Source of the DNA: a virus
Taxonomy: Duplodnaviria; Caudoviricetes
Strand: one strand, 5' to 3'
DNA: 54,258 bases
IMG/VR virus record: IMGVR_UViG_3300012000_000021
Location: 1 to 54,258 of that record
The position numbers and the translations under genes were made by a program. The notes under the pieces were generated by a model, which saw nothing but the letters and a program-made list of their open reading frames with translations, did not search any database and was not told where the DNA came from. This document shows, piece by piece, positions 19,471-29,144 of this stretch. Numbering within the stretch: the stretch's first letter is position 1; the number at the start of each line of letters is the position of its first letter.

Positions 19471-21051
19471 CTAGAAAAAAGGATTACTTGATGCAACAAC
19501 TTCTGGCATTACCAAATCCTTAGTTAAGGAGCAGGCAATAGACAGAGAGTCCACAAAGTCATCGTGTGCATAGGATTCGTCAGGTGCGGCAACTAAGAAG
19601 TTAGGTCCTTTGTACTGTACCTCAGCATCTACCATCTGCTGGTAAAACCGCTTCCAAGTACGAAGTCTGCGAGTTTTTGCGTGTGCTGGCCATGCAAGCA
19701 TCTTGCGTTGGATCAATGCCTGTAGGTGCTTCCAACGACCAGATTGCTCACTAGGACTAGATGTCAAAGACATAACCTCTGCCCTAGGAATCAATAGTTT
19801 AAGGCGCTGCGCTACAGCGTCACCTACACCGTTGGCGTCCACACCAATAGCAAGGACGTCGTAGTTACTGAGGAAGTTTACGATCTGGAAGTACTGCTCT
19901 TCCCAATCGTCTCCCTGCATCTCTAACCAGTTAAGGACTCTGTGATCAAAATAACCAAACTCATCAGGACGATCCCAATCAACCCAAACCACAGTAACAA
20001 CTGTAGAGTCAGTTTTACGAGCAGGGTCGATGCCGACAACGACTGGGGTTTTATGCCATACCTTAACCAGTTCTTGAGAAGTGTCCCCCAAGTCGTCCAT
20101 AATGTTTGAAGTAACAAACATGCCTCGCTCAAGAAGCCATTTGCAGTTGTACGACATTTGAAATTCATCTGATTCCTCACCAATTCGTAGTATTTCTTTT
20201 CTAATAAACTTTTCATAGTTATCATTAAACTTTGCAACATCTTTCCAGTCCCATTGGAAATGGTTCTGTCTATTACCACGAGTCGTTTGACGACGTCGGT
20301 TCATCTGGATTGCTTTGTAGAAGTTGTTCTTACTCGTTGTAGGTGTTCCAGTCTTTACCATTGTTCCTGCGTAGTAGGCAAGCATCGGAGAGATTGACTT
20401 AGAGACTACGAAGTCGTCAGCCTCTTGACACTCGTCAATAACGATCAAATGGAAAGACTTAGACTCAATCTTTGCACGAGGGTTTGCAGTCATCATGGTA
20501 ATAGTAGAGCCTGACTTCTTTAGTTTAATCTGACGTGTTACGCCTCCTACACGAGCAGTCTGATCATCAATCTCAGGATCGCCAAGGATCTCTAGTGCAC
20601 GCTCTGATGTAAGGCGTGTGACTGTTCTACCAAATAAAGTTTCAGCCTGTCCTTCAGTAGGTGCAAATAGTCCTACCCACAACCCATCTTTGAATTTACC
20701 AAGTAAGTCTGGGTATAACTTTGCAAGTCTAGGAAGTAGCACCATCAGTGTGGCTACTGTGTCAGCAACAGTCTCTGATTTTCCTGACTGACGTGAAGCA
20801 AGTGCTGTGATCTCTTCACCATCATTAATGATGACAGATTCAATAATACGACGTGCTAGAGGCTTTTGGTAAGGGTGCAGATCATGACCGACAAGGACCT
20901 TAAGAAAGTCCATAATCTTCTCAATAAGTTTGTCAACAAACTGTTGAGACAGTTCATCGAGTTGTTCATCTAGAGGTTCGTTTTCTCCTTGTTCTTCTGC
21001 TTGATAGAACTCAGGACTAATCTCTTCAAACTTGTCTTGATCCACTGTCAT
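19471..21051 (-). CDS. terL: terminase large subunit
   Basis: Walker A ASRQSGKS, Walker B IVIDECQ, TGTP coupling motif, and nuclease motifs GIDPA, DANGVG and HDDFVDS. Confidence 0.93.
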   Translation of the reverse strand: MTVDQDKFEEISPEFYQAEEQGENEPLDEQLDELSQQFVDKLIEKIMDFLKVLVGHDLHPYQKPLARRIIESVIINDGEEITALASRQSGKSETVADTVATLMVLLPRLAKLYPDLLGKFKDGLWVGLFAPTEGQAETLFGRTVTRLTSERALEILGDPEIDDQTARVGGVTRQIKLKKSGSTITMMTANPRAKIESKSFHLIVIDECQEADDFVVSKSISPMLAYYAGTMVKTGTPTTSKNNFYKAIQMNRRRQTTRGNRQNHFQWDWKDVAKFNDNYEKFIRKEILRIGEESDEFQMSYNCKWLLERGMFVTSNIMDDLGDTSQELVKVWHKTPVVVGIDPARKTDSTVVTVVWVDWDRPDEFGYFDHRVLNWLEMQGDDWEEQYFQIVNFLSNYDVLAIGVDANGVGDAVAQRLKLLIPRAEVMSLTSSPSEQSGRWKHLQALIQRKMLAWPAHAKTRRLRTWKRFYQQMVDAEVQYKGPNFLVAAPDESYAHDDFVDSLSIACSLTKDLVMPEVVASSNPFF

Positions 21052-21293
21052 ATGGAACTCTGTGTGCGTCGCTTTAACTCTTTGGCAATAGCGTAGAAGG
21101 CCTCAGCGCCCATAACAACTTCATCGAGGTCAGCCTCGCTCTGGTGCCTCTGCCATGTCGAAATGTTTTTGCCGATCGTATACATTGACTGCTCCATCCA
21201 TAAGATCAAATCTGGAGTAGAGACCGTCGACACTCGTTTCTCGATTCGACTCTGGGGCTGGTGTCCAACCTGCTTCTTCCGTAAAATCCTCAT
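21048..21293 (-). CDS. hypothetical helical protein
   Basis: 81 aa with ATGA coupling to terL. Overlaps the upstream ORF. Confidence 0.65.
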   Translation of the reverse strand: MRILRKKQVGHQPQSRIEKRVSTVSTPDLILWMEQSMYTIGKNISTWQRHQSEADLDEVVMGAEAFYAIAKELKRRTQSSI

Positions 21294-21531
21294 ATGTAAC
21301 TTCCCGTCTTGCTAGTGCTCCGCTTAATGCTTCTTCTTCGTCTTTCATGGCTCCCCACTTACCTAAGACTAGTCCATGGTACTTGGGTAATCGTACTATG
21401 AACGGAGTAGCAGTTCTGTACGGTTCTTCTATTTCTTGGCTCCAGCCACGAACAACAAGTTTGTTACCCCACTCATAGGGGAACCTAGTAACTTGAACAA
21501 ATAGTGATCCGACATTGTGTACCTTTGGCAT
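21130..21531 (-). CDS. hypothetical protein
   Basis: 133 aa, starting immediately after the KTSC gene stop. Confidence 0.65.
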   Translation of the reverse strand: MPKVHNVGSLFVQVTRFPYEWGNKLVVRGWSQEIEEPYRTATPFIVRLPKYHGLVLGKWGAMKDEEEALSGALARREVTYEDFTEEAGWTPAPESNRETSVDGLYSRFDLMDGAVNVYDRQKHFDMAEAPERG

Positions 21532-22245
21532 TTACTTCTTTCTGGATGAAGTGCTGTACTGCTTTCCACGACTGCTTGTCTGAGAGATACGAGCATAACG
21601 GTAGAACTCTTTACGCACACCTGCTGGGATAGAGCGAACATTAGCAGGTCCACGAGGTTTAAAGTCTAAGTACTTATAAATGTATTGGCCCTTTGAGACA
21701 CGTCTTTTGAAGTTCTGCCACTCAGATGGAGTTACCTCGTAGTAGTTGTAGAAGGTTCCATCACGGAACACCACAGTCAGAACGCCTCTTACCTTGTCGT
21801 AACCTGCGGCTACTGTGCGAGGGCGTTCTGGTCTACTGCTAGAGGTTGGAACAACAGTTAATGGAGCCGCTGCTGTGCCTTCATCTCCTTGAGGACCTTT
21901 GTATCCAGGGACAATAAGTTCGCCTGTGTCATCATCTTCATCATAAGACTGGCGGTAAGAAGATCGGTCGACGTAATTTCCGTCTGAGTCAATGTAGTAC
22001 GCATCAGCATCAATGCTCTGCGCTAACGCATCTCCCGCCTGATTGCGACGGTTTGCCTCTCCAAAAGATTGTGGCTTGTAGTACTTGTCAATTTCACCAA
22101 GGAACTCAATACCACCGAACTCTCCAGAAGATGCTGCTGTTGGAAGACCAGCAAAGTTTCCAGAGATCTGACCAAGTAGTTCGCCAGAAGACGGTATAGC
22201 AGTGCGTTGATTGCTCACTGCTCTACCGCCTACTGGACGTACCAT
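21532..22245 (-). CDS. KTSC-domain protein
   Basis: AAGYDKVRGVLTVVFRDGTFYNYYEV..W..F...SKGQYI is the KTSC signature. Confidence 0.8.
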   Translation of the reverse strand: MVRPVGGRAVSNQRTAIPSSGELLGQISGNFAGLPTAASSGEFGGIEFLGEIDKYYKPQSFGEANRRNQAGDALAQSIDADAYYIDSDGNYVDRSSYRQSYDEDDDTGELIVPGYKGPQGDEGTAAAPLTVVPTSSSRPERPRTVAAGYDKVRGVLTVVFRDGTFYNYYEVTPSEWQNFKRRVSKGQYIYKYLDFKPRGPANVRSIPAGVRKEFYRYARISQTSSRGKQYSTSSRKK

Positions 22246-22268
22246 TGTTTTATCCTAACAGATTAGGA

Positions 22269-22967
22269 TTATGCCCAAGGTGTAAGAGTTACTGTTGCAC
22301 CTGGAACAACGCTGTTTTGTCCAGCGGTTAGTGATTGAGTCTTAATTGTTGCTGTTGCAGCAGTTAGTCTAGTTCCAGGTGTGATAGCGCCTGTGTCTGC
22401 GACTGTCCATCCTGAACCTGCAATAATAAGCGTAGTTCCTGAACCACCAGTTACAGTCCAAGTACCAACAAGTGCTGTTGGAATACCTGTTCCTGCAGCA
22501 ATAGTTACCTTTGTACTTACAGGCCATGTGCCTGTTCCACCAGAAACATATACCGTTGCTGCAGTAGTAGCAGTTACGTTAATACGAGTTGGTTGAGTAG
22601 CGGTGTTTGTTGCTGCTGACGCAGTGATAACAGTTAATGAAGCATCCTTCATTGCGTCCTGTGCAAGTGCTGTTGCAAATCCACGAACTTCTGGTACGAG
22701 TACGTAGTCAGTTGCTCCTACTACATCTTCGCCTGCTGTATTTGGTGTATATTGTGGATAACCATTCCAACCTGAAAGAGCGTTGATGTGGCTATCTGCT
22801 GCTGGATCTAGACGACCCGCTACTCTTGTAGTGACTGTTGTCGAAAGAGTTGCACTTGCTGCATTTGGACGAGCATCGTTTGGTTGAATAGGGAAGTTTC
22901 CATATACGAAGTCGATAGCGACCTCGCCTGCGTCATCGAGCAGGTTGCCGTTGTTATTTGTTGCCAT
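22269..22967 (-). CDS. structural protein with an interrupted PASTA-like domain
   Basis: VLVPEVRGFATALAQDAMKDASL ... TIKTQSLTAG..VVPGATVTL with a Thr/Gly beta-rich insert between the halves. Confidence 0.6.
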   Translation of the reverse strand: MATNNNGNLLDDAGEVAIDFVYGNFPIQPNDARPNAASATLSTTVTTRVAGRLDPAADSHINALSGWNGYPQYTPNTAGEDVVGATDYVLVPEVRGFATALAQDAMKDASLTVITASAATNTATQPTRINVTATTAATVYVSGGTGTWPVSTKVTIAAGTGIPTALVGTWTVTGGSGTTLIIAGSGWTVADTGAITPGTRLTAATATIKTQSLTAGQNSVVPGATVTLTPWA

Positions 22968-23025
22968 GAATAGTCTGCTTTCTCTAGAGAAGTTAAAGCC
23001 TCATGCGCTTAGAGGCATGACAAGT

Positions 23026-23262
23026 CTACTTAAAATCATCACAATCATGGTCTTCAAGTTCATTTGTTTCTAGAACAGTACGACAGTCCTTGCATTTGAA
23101 GAATTTGACATCGTCGAGACCTACATGTAAGGAATCAGAGTGATATTCCGCTTGATCCATCTGAGGACCTGCTAGAACCTCTGGAGGAAAAGGACCTCTA
23201 GGGCTGTGAGCAGATGAAGGGATCGCATGTCCTTGTATTGCAAACTTGCGAATTAACTTCAT
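23026..23262 (-). CDS. small zinc-finger protein
   Basis: C-terminal CKDC...LEDHDC. Confidence 0.65.
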   Translation of the reverse strand: MKLIRKFAIQGHAIPSSAHSPRGPFPPEVLAGPQMDQAEYHSDSLHVGLDDVKFFKCKDCRTVLETNELEDHDCDDFK

Positions 23263-23481
23263 CTATTCCTCTGTTTTCTTAGGGGCCTTCTTCTTTGAGA
23301 CTGAGAGTGTTTCAGCAACAGTCTCTTTAGCCTCAGTAAATGCCTCAGTAATGTTTAATAGTCCCGCTTTACGACGGTCCTCCAAGAAACTTGGTAGATC
23401 TTTACCGCAGTAGTAGACAGACTTCGTCTTTGTTATGCGGTAGACATACATAGCGTCATTAGGACAGTTTGCACACTTCAT
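23263..23481 (-). CDS. small Cys-containing protein
   Basis: MKCANC...YC, with TAATG coupling at 23481. Confidence 0.65.
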   Translation of the reverse strand: MKCANCPNDAMYVYRITKTKSVYYCGKDLPSFLEDRRKAGLLNITEAFTEAKETVAETLSVSKKKAPKKTEE

Positions 23482-23831
23482 TACCACTCCAATCCATGAC
23501 TAAACTTTTTGCTCTCAGTGTTCACATCGGCACCGCCACCCATAGGTCCTGGTCGTGATGGGCTTGGGAACATCTCGGATAATATTGTTTTTTGATCTTC
23601 TGGAACATCTCTGTGTTCAGATAAGTTTTGAGCACGAGTCCAGAACTCTGGTGGATACATGCCAAAGTTGCGAAGAATTTGACCATGAGCCTTTAACGCA
23701 GGGATCTGCTTCGTGCGAATTGCAAAATCTAAAATCTTCTTGTCAATTGCAGAAAGAGGATTTACTCGTGAGTCATACCCAGAATTAAAGTGGTTGTATG
23801 AATCATGGTCACGAGATAAACCGCCAGCCAT
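23481..23831 (-). CDS. hypothetical protein
   Basis: 116 aa, tightly packed in the operon. Confidence 0.7.
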   Translation of the reverse strand: MAGGLSRDHDSYNHFNSGYDSRVNPLSAIDKKILDFAIRTKQIPALKAHGQILRNFGMYPPEFWTRAQNLSEHRDVPEDQKTILSEMFPSPSRPGPMGGGADVNTESKKFSHGLEW

Positions 23832-23833
23832 AG

Positions 23834-24202
23834 TTACTTCTTCTTTGGTCGTGTTCCAGGAGCCGTTGGCTTTGCGCCCTTAGACTTCACTGGTACTCGT
23901 GGGACCTTCGCCCCTGTAATTGGATTGGTTGCTGTGTTGCTCTTTAGTGTGCCTGGCACTGGTGCTCCTGTCGTTGATGGGTTTATTGCTCCGCGTTTCC
24001 GATACCCAGGCATTGGTGCTCCTGTGTTTTGTGGTGTCGGTTTAGTCTGTCGTGAAAGTACTGTCTGTTCGGTATGGCTTTGTTGAACCATAGCATTAGA
24101 GTAGTGCTTATCCTTTTCAGGTTCTGGCATAAATTTATCGATCAAACCAGCAGCCGCTGTAAACGGATTCCAGTCCTTTGATTGAAACTGCACGTTGCTC
24201 AT
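23834..24202 (-). CDS. basic Pro-rich hypothetical protein (starts MSNVQF)
   Basis: 122 aa ORF. Confidence 0.65.
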   Translation of the reverse strand: MSNVQFQSKDWNPFTAAAGLIDKFMPEPEKDKHYSNAMVQQSHTEQTVLSRQTKPTPQNTGAPMPGYRKRGAINPSTTGAPVPGTLKSNTATNPITGAKVPRVPVKSKGAKPTAPGTRPKKK

Positions 24203-24216
24203 GGGTCTATCTTCCC

Positions 24217-24582
24217 TTAATTAACGGGATTTGGAGTATTAATCTCAGATTTGTTTAGACAATTTTCAATAGCAATTAGTCTTTCGCCCATCTCTACGAA
24301 AGCCTCCATTACTAACTCTTGGTTTGCATAGAGTTTGTTGACAGTGTCCTTTGTGGACTTACCGCCATTTTGACTTAGTTCGCCGTCTAACTTATTGAGG
24401 CGCTGCATTACTCCTGGAACTTCATCTCTACCAGGGGATGCCTCTTCGCCCTCCCAGTCACGCATGAAGCGCTCCATCCACTGCATGAACCGTTTTATTC
24501 TTTTGTACAGTGGGCTCAAGAGAACTCCTAGGCTAATGAGAGCACCAGTGACAATTCCAATTGTCATAAAGGTATTTGTCAC
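24217..24582 (-). CDS. single-TM membrane protein (lysis-region type)
   Basis: N-terminal TM helix, then DWEGE...PGVMQRL...NGG.S.KD.V. Confidence 0.7.
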   Translation of the reverse strand: MTNTFMTIGIVTGALISLGVLLSPLYKRIKRFMQWMERFMRDWEGEEASPGRDEVPGVMQRLNKLDGELSQNGGKSTKDTVNKLYANQELVMEAFVEMGERLIAIENCLNKSEINTPNPVN

Positions 24583-24600
24583 TGGTGCATCTCCTCTAAA

Positions 24601-24792
24601 TTACTTCTTGCCGAAGCCGTATGATGGATCTTTTGGATTTATAAACTTTGCTGCTGGTCCAAGTAGACCTGCAATAAAGGCGTTAGCCAAAATCTTTGGG
24701 TCCGAAATTCCTGACATGTAGAGCGCTGCTACTGCAGCAGCACTTGCACGAAGCCAAGTTGCTCCTGCAGCCTTAAGTACGTTGATATCCAT
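24601..24792 (-). CDS. putative holin
   Basis: 63 aa with two TM helices and a KFINPKDPSYGFGKK tail; AAGGAG RBS. Confidence 0.65.
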   Translation of the reverse strand: MDINVLKAAGATWLRASAAAVAALYMSGISDPKILANAFIAGLLGPAAKFINPKDPSYGFGKK

Positions 24793-24828
24793 GGTTCTCC
24801 TTACTAGATGCCCTCGGCTAATAATCTC

Positions 24829-24993
24829 TTATTCGTCTCGGTTACGCAGGGGATACGTGATAGCCCATGCAACTAGAGTTGCAACAATTGCATATCCAAC
24901 AATGGTTTTTGCGCTTCCATCAAGAACAACCCATGCAATGAACATGCCAAGGAGTGTCCAGAGTTGGTCAATCATGTCTTTTATTACTCTCAT
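24829..24993 (-). CDS. small two-TM membrane protein (not in the ORF track)
   Basis: Own translation MRVIKDMIDQLWTLLGMFIAWVVLDGSAKTIVGYAIVATLVAWAITYPLRNRDE. ATGA overlap with the 936-aa gene. Confidence 0.75.
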   Translation of the reverse strand: MRVIKDMIDQLWTLLGMFIAWVVLDGSAKTIVGYAIVATLVAWAITYPLRNRDE

Positions 24994-27800
24994 ATTGCTT
25001 CCTTTCTTCGTCTCATTGCCTTGCTCTCACCAGAGGCTCCGCCTCCACCACCTCCACCACCAGAACCGCCTCCACCACTTCGTGATCCACCACCTGTTGC
25101 ACCAGCGGCTGCACCAACTGCATTCATAGCAGCACCTGCAGCAACAACTGTTGCAACAACCATGTCAGTTGCTTCTTTGCGTTCTTCGTCAGACATATCA
25201 GCACCAACACTTCCAAGAGCGTCTAGTACTGCTCCTGGATCTGTAAACACTTCGTTAAGTAATGCTCCTGGATCTTGTAGCAATTCAACTTGCACTGCAA
25301 CCTCTGCAGTAATGATAACTTCATTACCATTCTCATCTTGTCTAACCTCGACAGGAGTTGCTGCTGGTAAGTCTTTGTACTCAATACCTGCATCTTGAAC
25401 CTGTTCTTTTGTTAGAGTATCGCCAGGGGCAACAGAAGAGATAAGTGCCTCCGCAACAATTCCTCGTTCAGCAGTTGATAAGTTTCCATCTTGAGATGCC
25501 ATAGCAACAATGACTGCCACGTCTGCCTTGCTGACGTTGCCATCAGAGGCCAGGGCATCCAGGACTGCATTTTGATCTGCGATTGAAAGTTTTCCATCAC
25601 TTGCCAAGGCATCAACGAGTTGGGCTGCCTCTTTAGCATCCACTTTTCCATCTGCTGCCATAGCATCAGCAATAGCAGAAACTTCTGATGAATCTAACTT
25701 TCCATCAGATAGCGCATCATCTACAACGGCTGTAACCTCTTCTTCTGGAGTTGGTTCAGGAGAAGGAGCAGGTTCGGGTGAAGGTTCAGGTTCTGGTTCA
25801 GGCTCAGGCGCTGGGTCTACTGGTTGCTCAGTTGGAACATCTGGTTCACCAATTGAACCATCAGGATCAGGAATTGCTACAGGTGCTTCGTCAGCAGGCG
25901 CAGGAGGCTCTTCAACAGTTGTTGGTGGTTCCTCAACAGGTTGAGGAGGCATGTCAGGGCCCGTGTCAGTGTTGGCAATTACAGGTGGTTCCTCTACAGG
26001 GTCAGGAGTAGGTTCAGGTGAAACGTCGGGTTGTGGTTCAGGTTGTGGCTCTGGCTGTGGCTGTGGGTCTGGTTGCGGCTGTGGTTCTGGTTCAGCAACT
26101 AACGCAGGTGCTGGAGGAGTCGGAGGAGTAGGTGCTGGAACAGCATCAATAACTGCTTGCGCTACTGCAAGAATTGTTGGTGCTGTATTTACCTTTTCAA
26201 CAGCGGTAGAGACAGTTGCAAGTGCAGTTACTTTATCGGTTAAAGATGTAGTCGCTGTTTCTAAAGCAATTACCTTATTTGAAGGAACAACAGCAATTGG
26301 TGCAATCGCAGCAGCGGCTATTCCTGTTGCTGTGTTTGTAGTGACTACTCCAGTGATAGCAGTATTTAAAGTAGCAATCTGTGCATTTGCGGCAGTAATT
26401 GAGTTTTGAATAGCGGCTGTGCTTGGGTTTGGAGTCGGTGTAAATGAGGCACCTTGACTAATTCTTCCATTAAATCCAGGCCCAGAATTTGTATCGGTAA
26501 TTGGAGTAATTGTTCCATTAGTAGTTGGACGAACATTAAATCTTGCACCATTTGGAATAGGGCCTGTAACACTTACATCCGCTGCCCATGCACCGTCTGT
26601 TGGGTTTACATCAGCGTTAAATCTAATTTGTGTCATTTGAGTATCTGCAGTCATTTGAGGGTATGGACGCACATCCCAGGCAACAGTAAGGGTATTGGTT
26701 GTTGTTGAGTAAGTTACTCCAGAGCCATTACTCCATGTAGTCCAGTCATACCCCGCAATAGAGATAGATGGTGCAGAAGGGGTTGAATAATAATTTTGTC
26801 CTTCATTAACACCAAAAGTAATAGTTGCGTTTGAACCTACATATACGTTTGTATAAACGGTGTTACCCATGCGTAGGTTAAACGGTAAGTTCATACGAAC
26901 GCCAGCATCATCAGTATTGGCCAAGACATTTGTTGATGCACCAACAGTTGCTGCTAGTGCATTAACTGCATCTTGTGCATTGTTGATTGCGACGTTTGCT
27001 TGTGTCAACTCTGTTTGAGCAGCAGTACGTGCAGGGGCAACTGCTGCTACCGCTGTTGTTGCTGCAGTAACTGCTGTGTTTGCTGCTTGTACTTGAGTGG
27101 TTGCAGCCTGTATTGCAGCAGTTGCTGTTGCTGCTCTTGTTGACTCTAATGCTACCTGAGTTGCAACCTGTGTAACAGTTACCTCTGTAACTGGAGTAGG
27201 AGTTGGTGTAACTGTTGGAGTAGAGGTAGGGGTAGGAATAGGAGTTGGCGTTGGAGTAGGAGTAACTGTTGGAGTAGGAGTTGCTGCTGCAACTACTGCT
27301 TGTACTAGAGTTGTTGCTGCCTCTGCAACTGTTGACACCGCTGCAGTTACCGTTGCTTGTGCAGTTGCAACCTCTGTAGATGCTGTTGTCGCTGCTGCTG
27401 GTATTGCTGCTACTGCATTAGTTACTGCAGTTACCGCTGTAGTCACTGCCTCTGTTACTGTTGCTGCAACAGTTGCAATTGGAGTTGTATTTGCTACCTG
27501 TGCTACTGCTGCTACCGCTGTTGTTACTGCGGTGTTTGCTTGTGCAACTTCTGTGTTTGCAGTTGTAACTGCAGCCACTGCGGTTGATGCTGCTGTTGCT
27601 GCTGCTGTTGAGGCTGTAACTGCTTGTGCAACTTCAGTCGTTGCTGTAGCAAGTGCGGTGTTGACTGCTGCTTGGGCAGGACTAACTACCACCTGTTCTG
27701 GCGCAGGTGGAACTGTTTCTTCTGCATACGCTGTTGATTGACCTAATAAATAAAGAAGTGTTGTGAGAAATAGTGTTGCGAATAAACGCACTGCTCTCAA
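24990..27800 (-). CDS. large secreted, membrane-anchored surface protein
   Basis: Signal peptide (...STAYA/EE), Ala/Thr helical stalk, NIDO-like domain (DDAG...LPF...YTNVYVGSNATITFG), PE/PQ linker, DGK repeats, C-terminal TM and RRRK. Confidence 0.8.
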   Translation of the reverse strand: MRAVRLFATLFLTTLLYLLGQSTAYAEETVPPAPEQVVVSPAQAAVNTALATATTEVAQAVTASTAAATAASTAVAAVTTANTEVAQANTAVTTAVAAVAQVANTTPIATVAATVTEAVTTAVTAVTNAVAAIPAAATTASTEVATAQATVTAAVSTVAEAATTLVQAVVAAATPTPTVTPTPTPTPIPTPTSTPTVTPTPTPVTEVTVTQVATQVALESTRAATATAAIQAATTQVQAANTAVTAATTAVAAVAPARTAAQTELTQANVAINNAQDAVNALAATVGASTNVLANTDDAGVRMNLPFNLRMGNTVYTNVYVGSNATITFGVNEGQNYYSTPSAPSISIAGYDWTTWSNGSGVTYSTTTNTLTVAWDVRPYPQMTADTQMTQIRFNADVNPTDGAWAADVSVTGPIPNGARFNVRPTTNGTITPITDTNSGPGFNGRISQGASFTPTPNPSTAAIQNSITAANAQIATLNTAITGVVTTNTATGIAAAAIAPIAVVPSNKVIALETATTSLTDKVTALATVSTAVEKVNTAPTILAVAQAVIDAVPAPTPPTPPAPALVAEPEPQPQPDPQPQPEPQPEPQPDVSPEPTPDPVEEPPVIANTDTGPDMPPQPVEEPPTTVEEPPAPADEAPVAIPDPDGSIGEPDVPTEQPVDPAPEPEPEPEPSPEPAPSPEPTPEEEVTAVVDDALSDGKLDSSEVSAIADAMAADGKVDAKEAAQLVDALASDGKLSIADQNAVLDALASDGNVSKADVAVIVAMASQDGNLSTAERGIVAEALISSVAPGDTLTKEQVQDAGIEYKDLPAATPVEVRQDENGNEVIITAEVAVQVELLQDPGALLNEVFTDPGAVLDALGSVGADMSDEERKEATDMVVATVVAAGAAMNAVGAAAGATGGGSRSGGGGSGGGGGGGGASGESKAMRRRKEAI

Positions 27801-27837
27801 GTTTTCCCCTCGGAATACTCATTGTCCTCTTAGGGAA

Positions 27838-28065
27838 TTATAGCGCTTTGCCTGCTTTACGAATGACAAACTTAGAAGCAACGTTTTGTGAATTTACAGA
27901 TTCACCTTGTACACCCTTACCACGGTTAGCCCAAGAAACAACACTTGGTTCTGCTTTTGATTTGTAACCTAGGTTTGAGTTAAATCCAAACTCTGTCTTA
28001 CGTGGTTTTCTATTTGGATTTACTGTTAGTGCTTGTCGATTTAATTGTGGAACTCTATCTGTCAT
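27838..28065 (-). CDS. small basic protein
   Basis: 75 aa, ATGA coupling. Confidence 0.65.
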   Translation of the reverse strand: MTDRVPQLNRQALTVNPNRKPRKTEFGFNSNLGYKSKAEPSVVSWANRGKGVQGESVNSQNVASKFVIRKAGKAL

Positions 28066-28442
28066 GTTCCTAATCCCCCAATAAATCCTGCAGCAGTACC
28101 GCCAGAACCCGTACCGTCTGTTGCAGAGGCTGCATCGCTTGCACCGCTCATTGGTTGATCATGATCTTTATTGATTTCAGGTGCGCCAGTTCCTGAACCT
28201 AAGGTTCCAACCATGTAAGGGTAATTTAAAAACCAAAACCCTGAACCAGAATACCCAGATTCACGACGACGACCAAAACGGCGACGCTGTTGTTCCTCAA
28301 TATCTGATGCAGAATCAAATTGTGTTGAAAGATTTCTCAAGTTCTTTCCTTCCGCCGTAACACGACTCCCCACAGAGTAACGACCATAAGTATCACCAGG
28401 ACCACCAAAAAGTCCTTTACCAGTTTCATATCTACCTTCCAT
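28062..28442 (-). CDS. Gly-rich hypothetical protein
   Basis: Likely start MEGRYETGKG at 28442 after an AAGGAG RBS. Confidence 0.65.
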   Translation of the reverse strand: MEGRYETGKGLFGGPGDTYGRYSVGSRVTAEGKNLRNLSTQFDSASDIEEQQRRRFGRRRESGYSGSGFWFLNYPYMVGTLGSGTGAPEINKDHDQPMSGASDAASATDGTGSGGTAAGFIGGLGT

Positions 28443-28632
28443 AATTAAATACTCCTTCTGGGTCGTAGACAACTAATGCTGATGCAACTAACTTCGCACT
28501 CATTGCTCGTCCATGATGACCACAGAAATACAATTCACCATTTGCAAGTGTTGCTCGCACTAGCGCTTGTGCTCCGCATTTGTCGCAACGATCAAGTGCT
28601 GACATAGCCTCATGCGTAGTGGTAGTTGTCAT
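28432..28632 (-). CDS. actinobacterial-type small zinc-binding protein
   Basis: LDRCDKCGAQA...GELYFCGHH motif. Confidence 0.75.
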   Translation of the reverse strand: MTTTTTHEAMSALDRCDKCGAQALVRATLANGELYFCGHHGRAMSAKLVASALVVYDPEGVFNYGR

Positions 28633-28805
28633 TAAAAGAACCCTGGCTTTGCTATGGGTGTGTTGGCACCAGGTGCGTACTTGTTCTGTTCACCAGAAAT
28701 CTTTGGAAGTTGTTTTTCATCAAATTTTGAACTTCTTGGCATAGCACCAGCCATAGTGATGCTTCTTTGTGGTGAGAACTGCGCCATAGAAAGGTTCTGG
28801 TTCAT
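28632..28805 (-). CDS. small protein with NLSxxQF leader (not in the ORF track)
   Basis: Own translation MNQNLSMAQFSPQRSITMAGAMPRSSKFDEKQLPKISGEQNKYAPGANTPIAKPGFF. TAATG coupling to the next gene. Confidence 0.7.
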   Translation of the reverse strand: MNQNLSMAQFSPQRSITMAGAMPRSSKFDEKQLPKISGEQNKYAPGANTPIAKPGFF

Positions 28806-28854
28806 GTTCCTATTTTGCCCCCTTTATCGGTCTGTGTAAGGACATAATACCTGT

Positions 28855-28968
28855 ATGGATGATGCCGCCTACATTGCAAAGTTTTCTTGTAGTATATGCG
28901 GCAAACGATACGTAGTAATGACTCTTGCAAGAGATTGCGAAGACGATCACATAGACGGAGAAGATTAA
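28855..28968 (+). CDS. tiny zinc-finger protein (leaderless)
   Basis: MDDAAYIAKFSCSICGKRYVVMTLARDCEDDHIDGED. CATAAT lies 6 nt upstream; TAATG coupling. Confidence 0.6.
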   Translation: MDDAAYIAKFSCSICGKRYVVMTLARDCEDDHIDGED

Positions 28969-29144
28969 TGCCTAGATACGAGTACTCATGCATTCAGTGC
29001 GATTTAGATTACGAAAAAGAGCGTAGCATCACTGAGGCAGATCCTGGTTATCACTGCGACAAGTGCGGCTACGCTCTTCAGCGTGTCTTTAATTCTTTTG
29101 GCCTCTCCTTTAAAGGTGGAGGCTTCTACTCAACTAGAGACTAG
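28968..29144 (+). CDS. FmdB-family zinc ribbon protein
   Basis: MPRYEYSCxxC...CxxCG..LQRVF....LSFKGGGFYSTRD. Confidence 0.85.
   Translation: MPRYEYSCIQCDLDYEKERSITEADPGYHCDKCGYALQRVFNSFGLSFKGGGFYSTRD

Noticed and set aside
24990-27800. 936-aa Ala-rich ORF as the tape measure protein
   Set aside because: The signal peptide, Pro-rich linker and C-terminal anchor, and the lack of adjacent tail tube or chaperone genes, argue against it.
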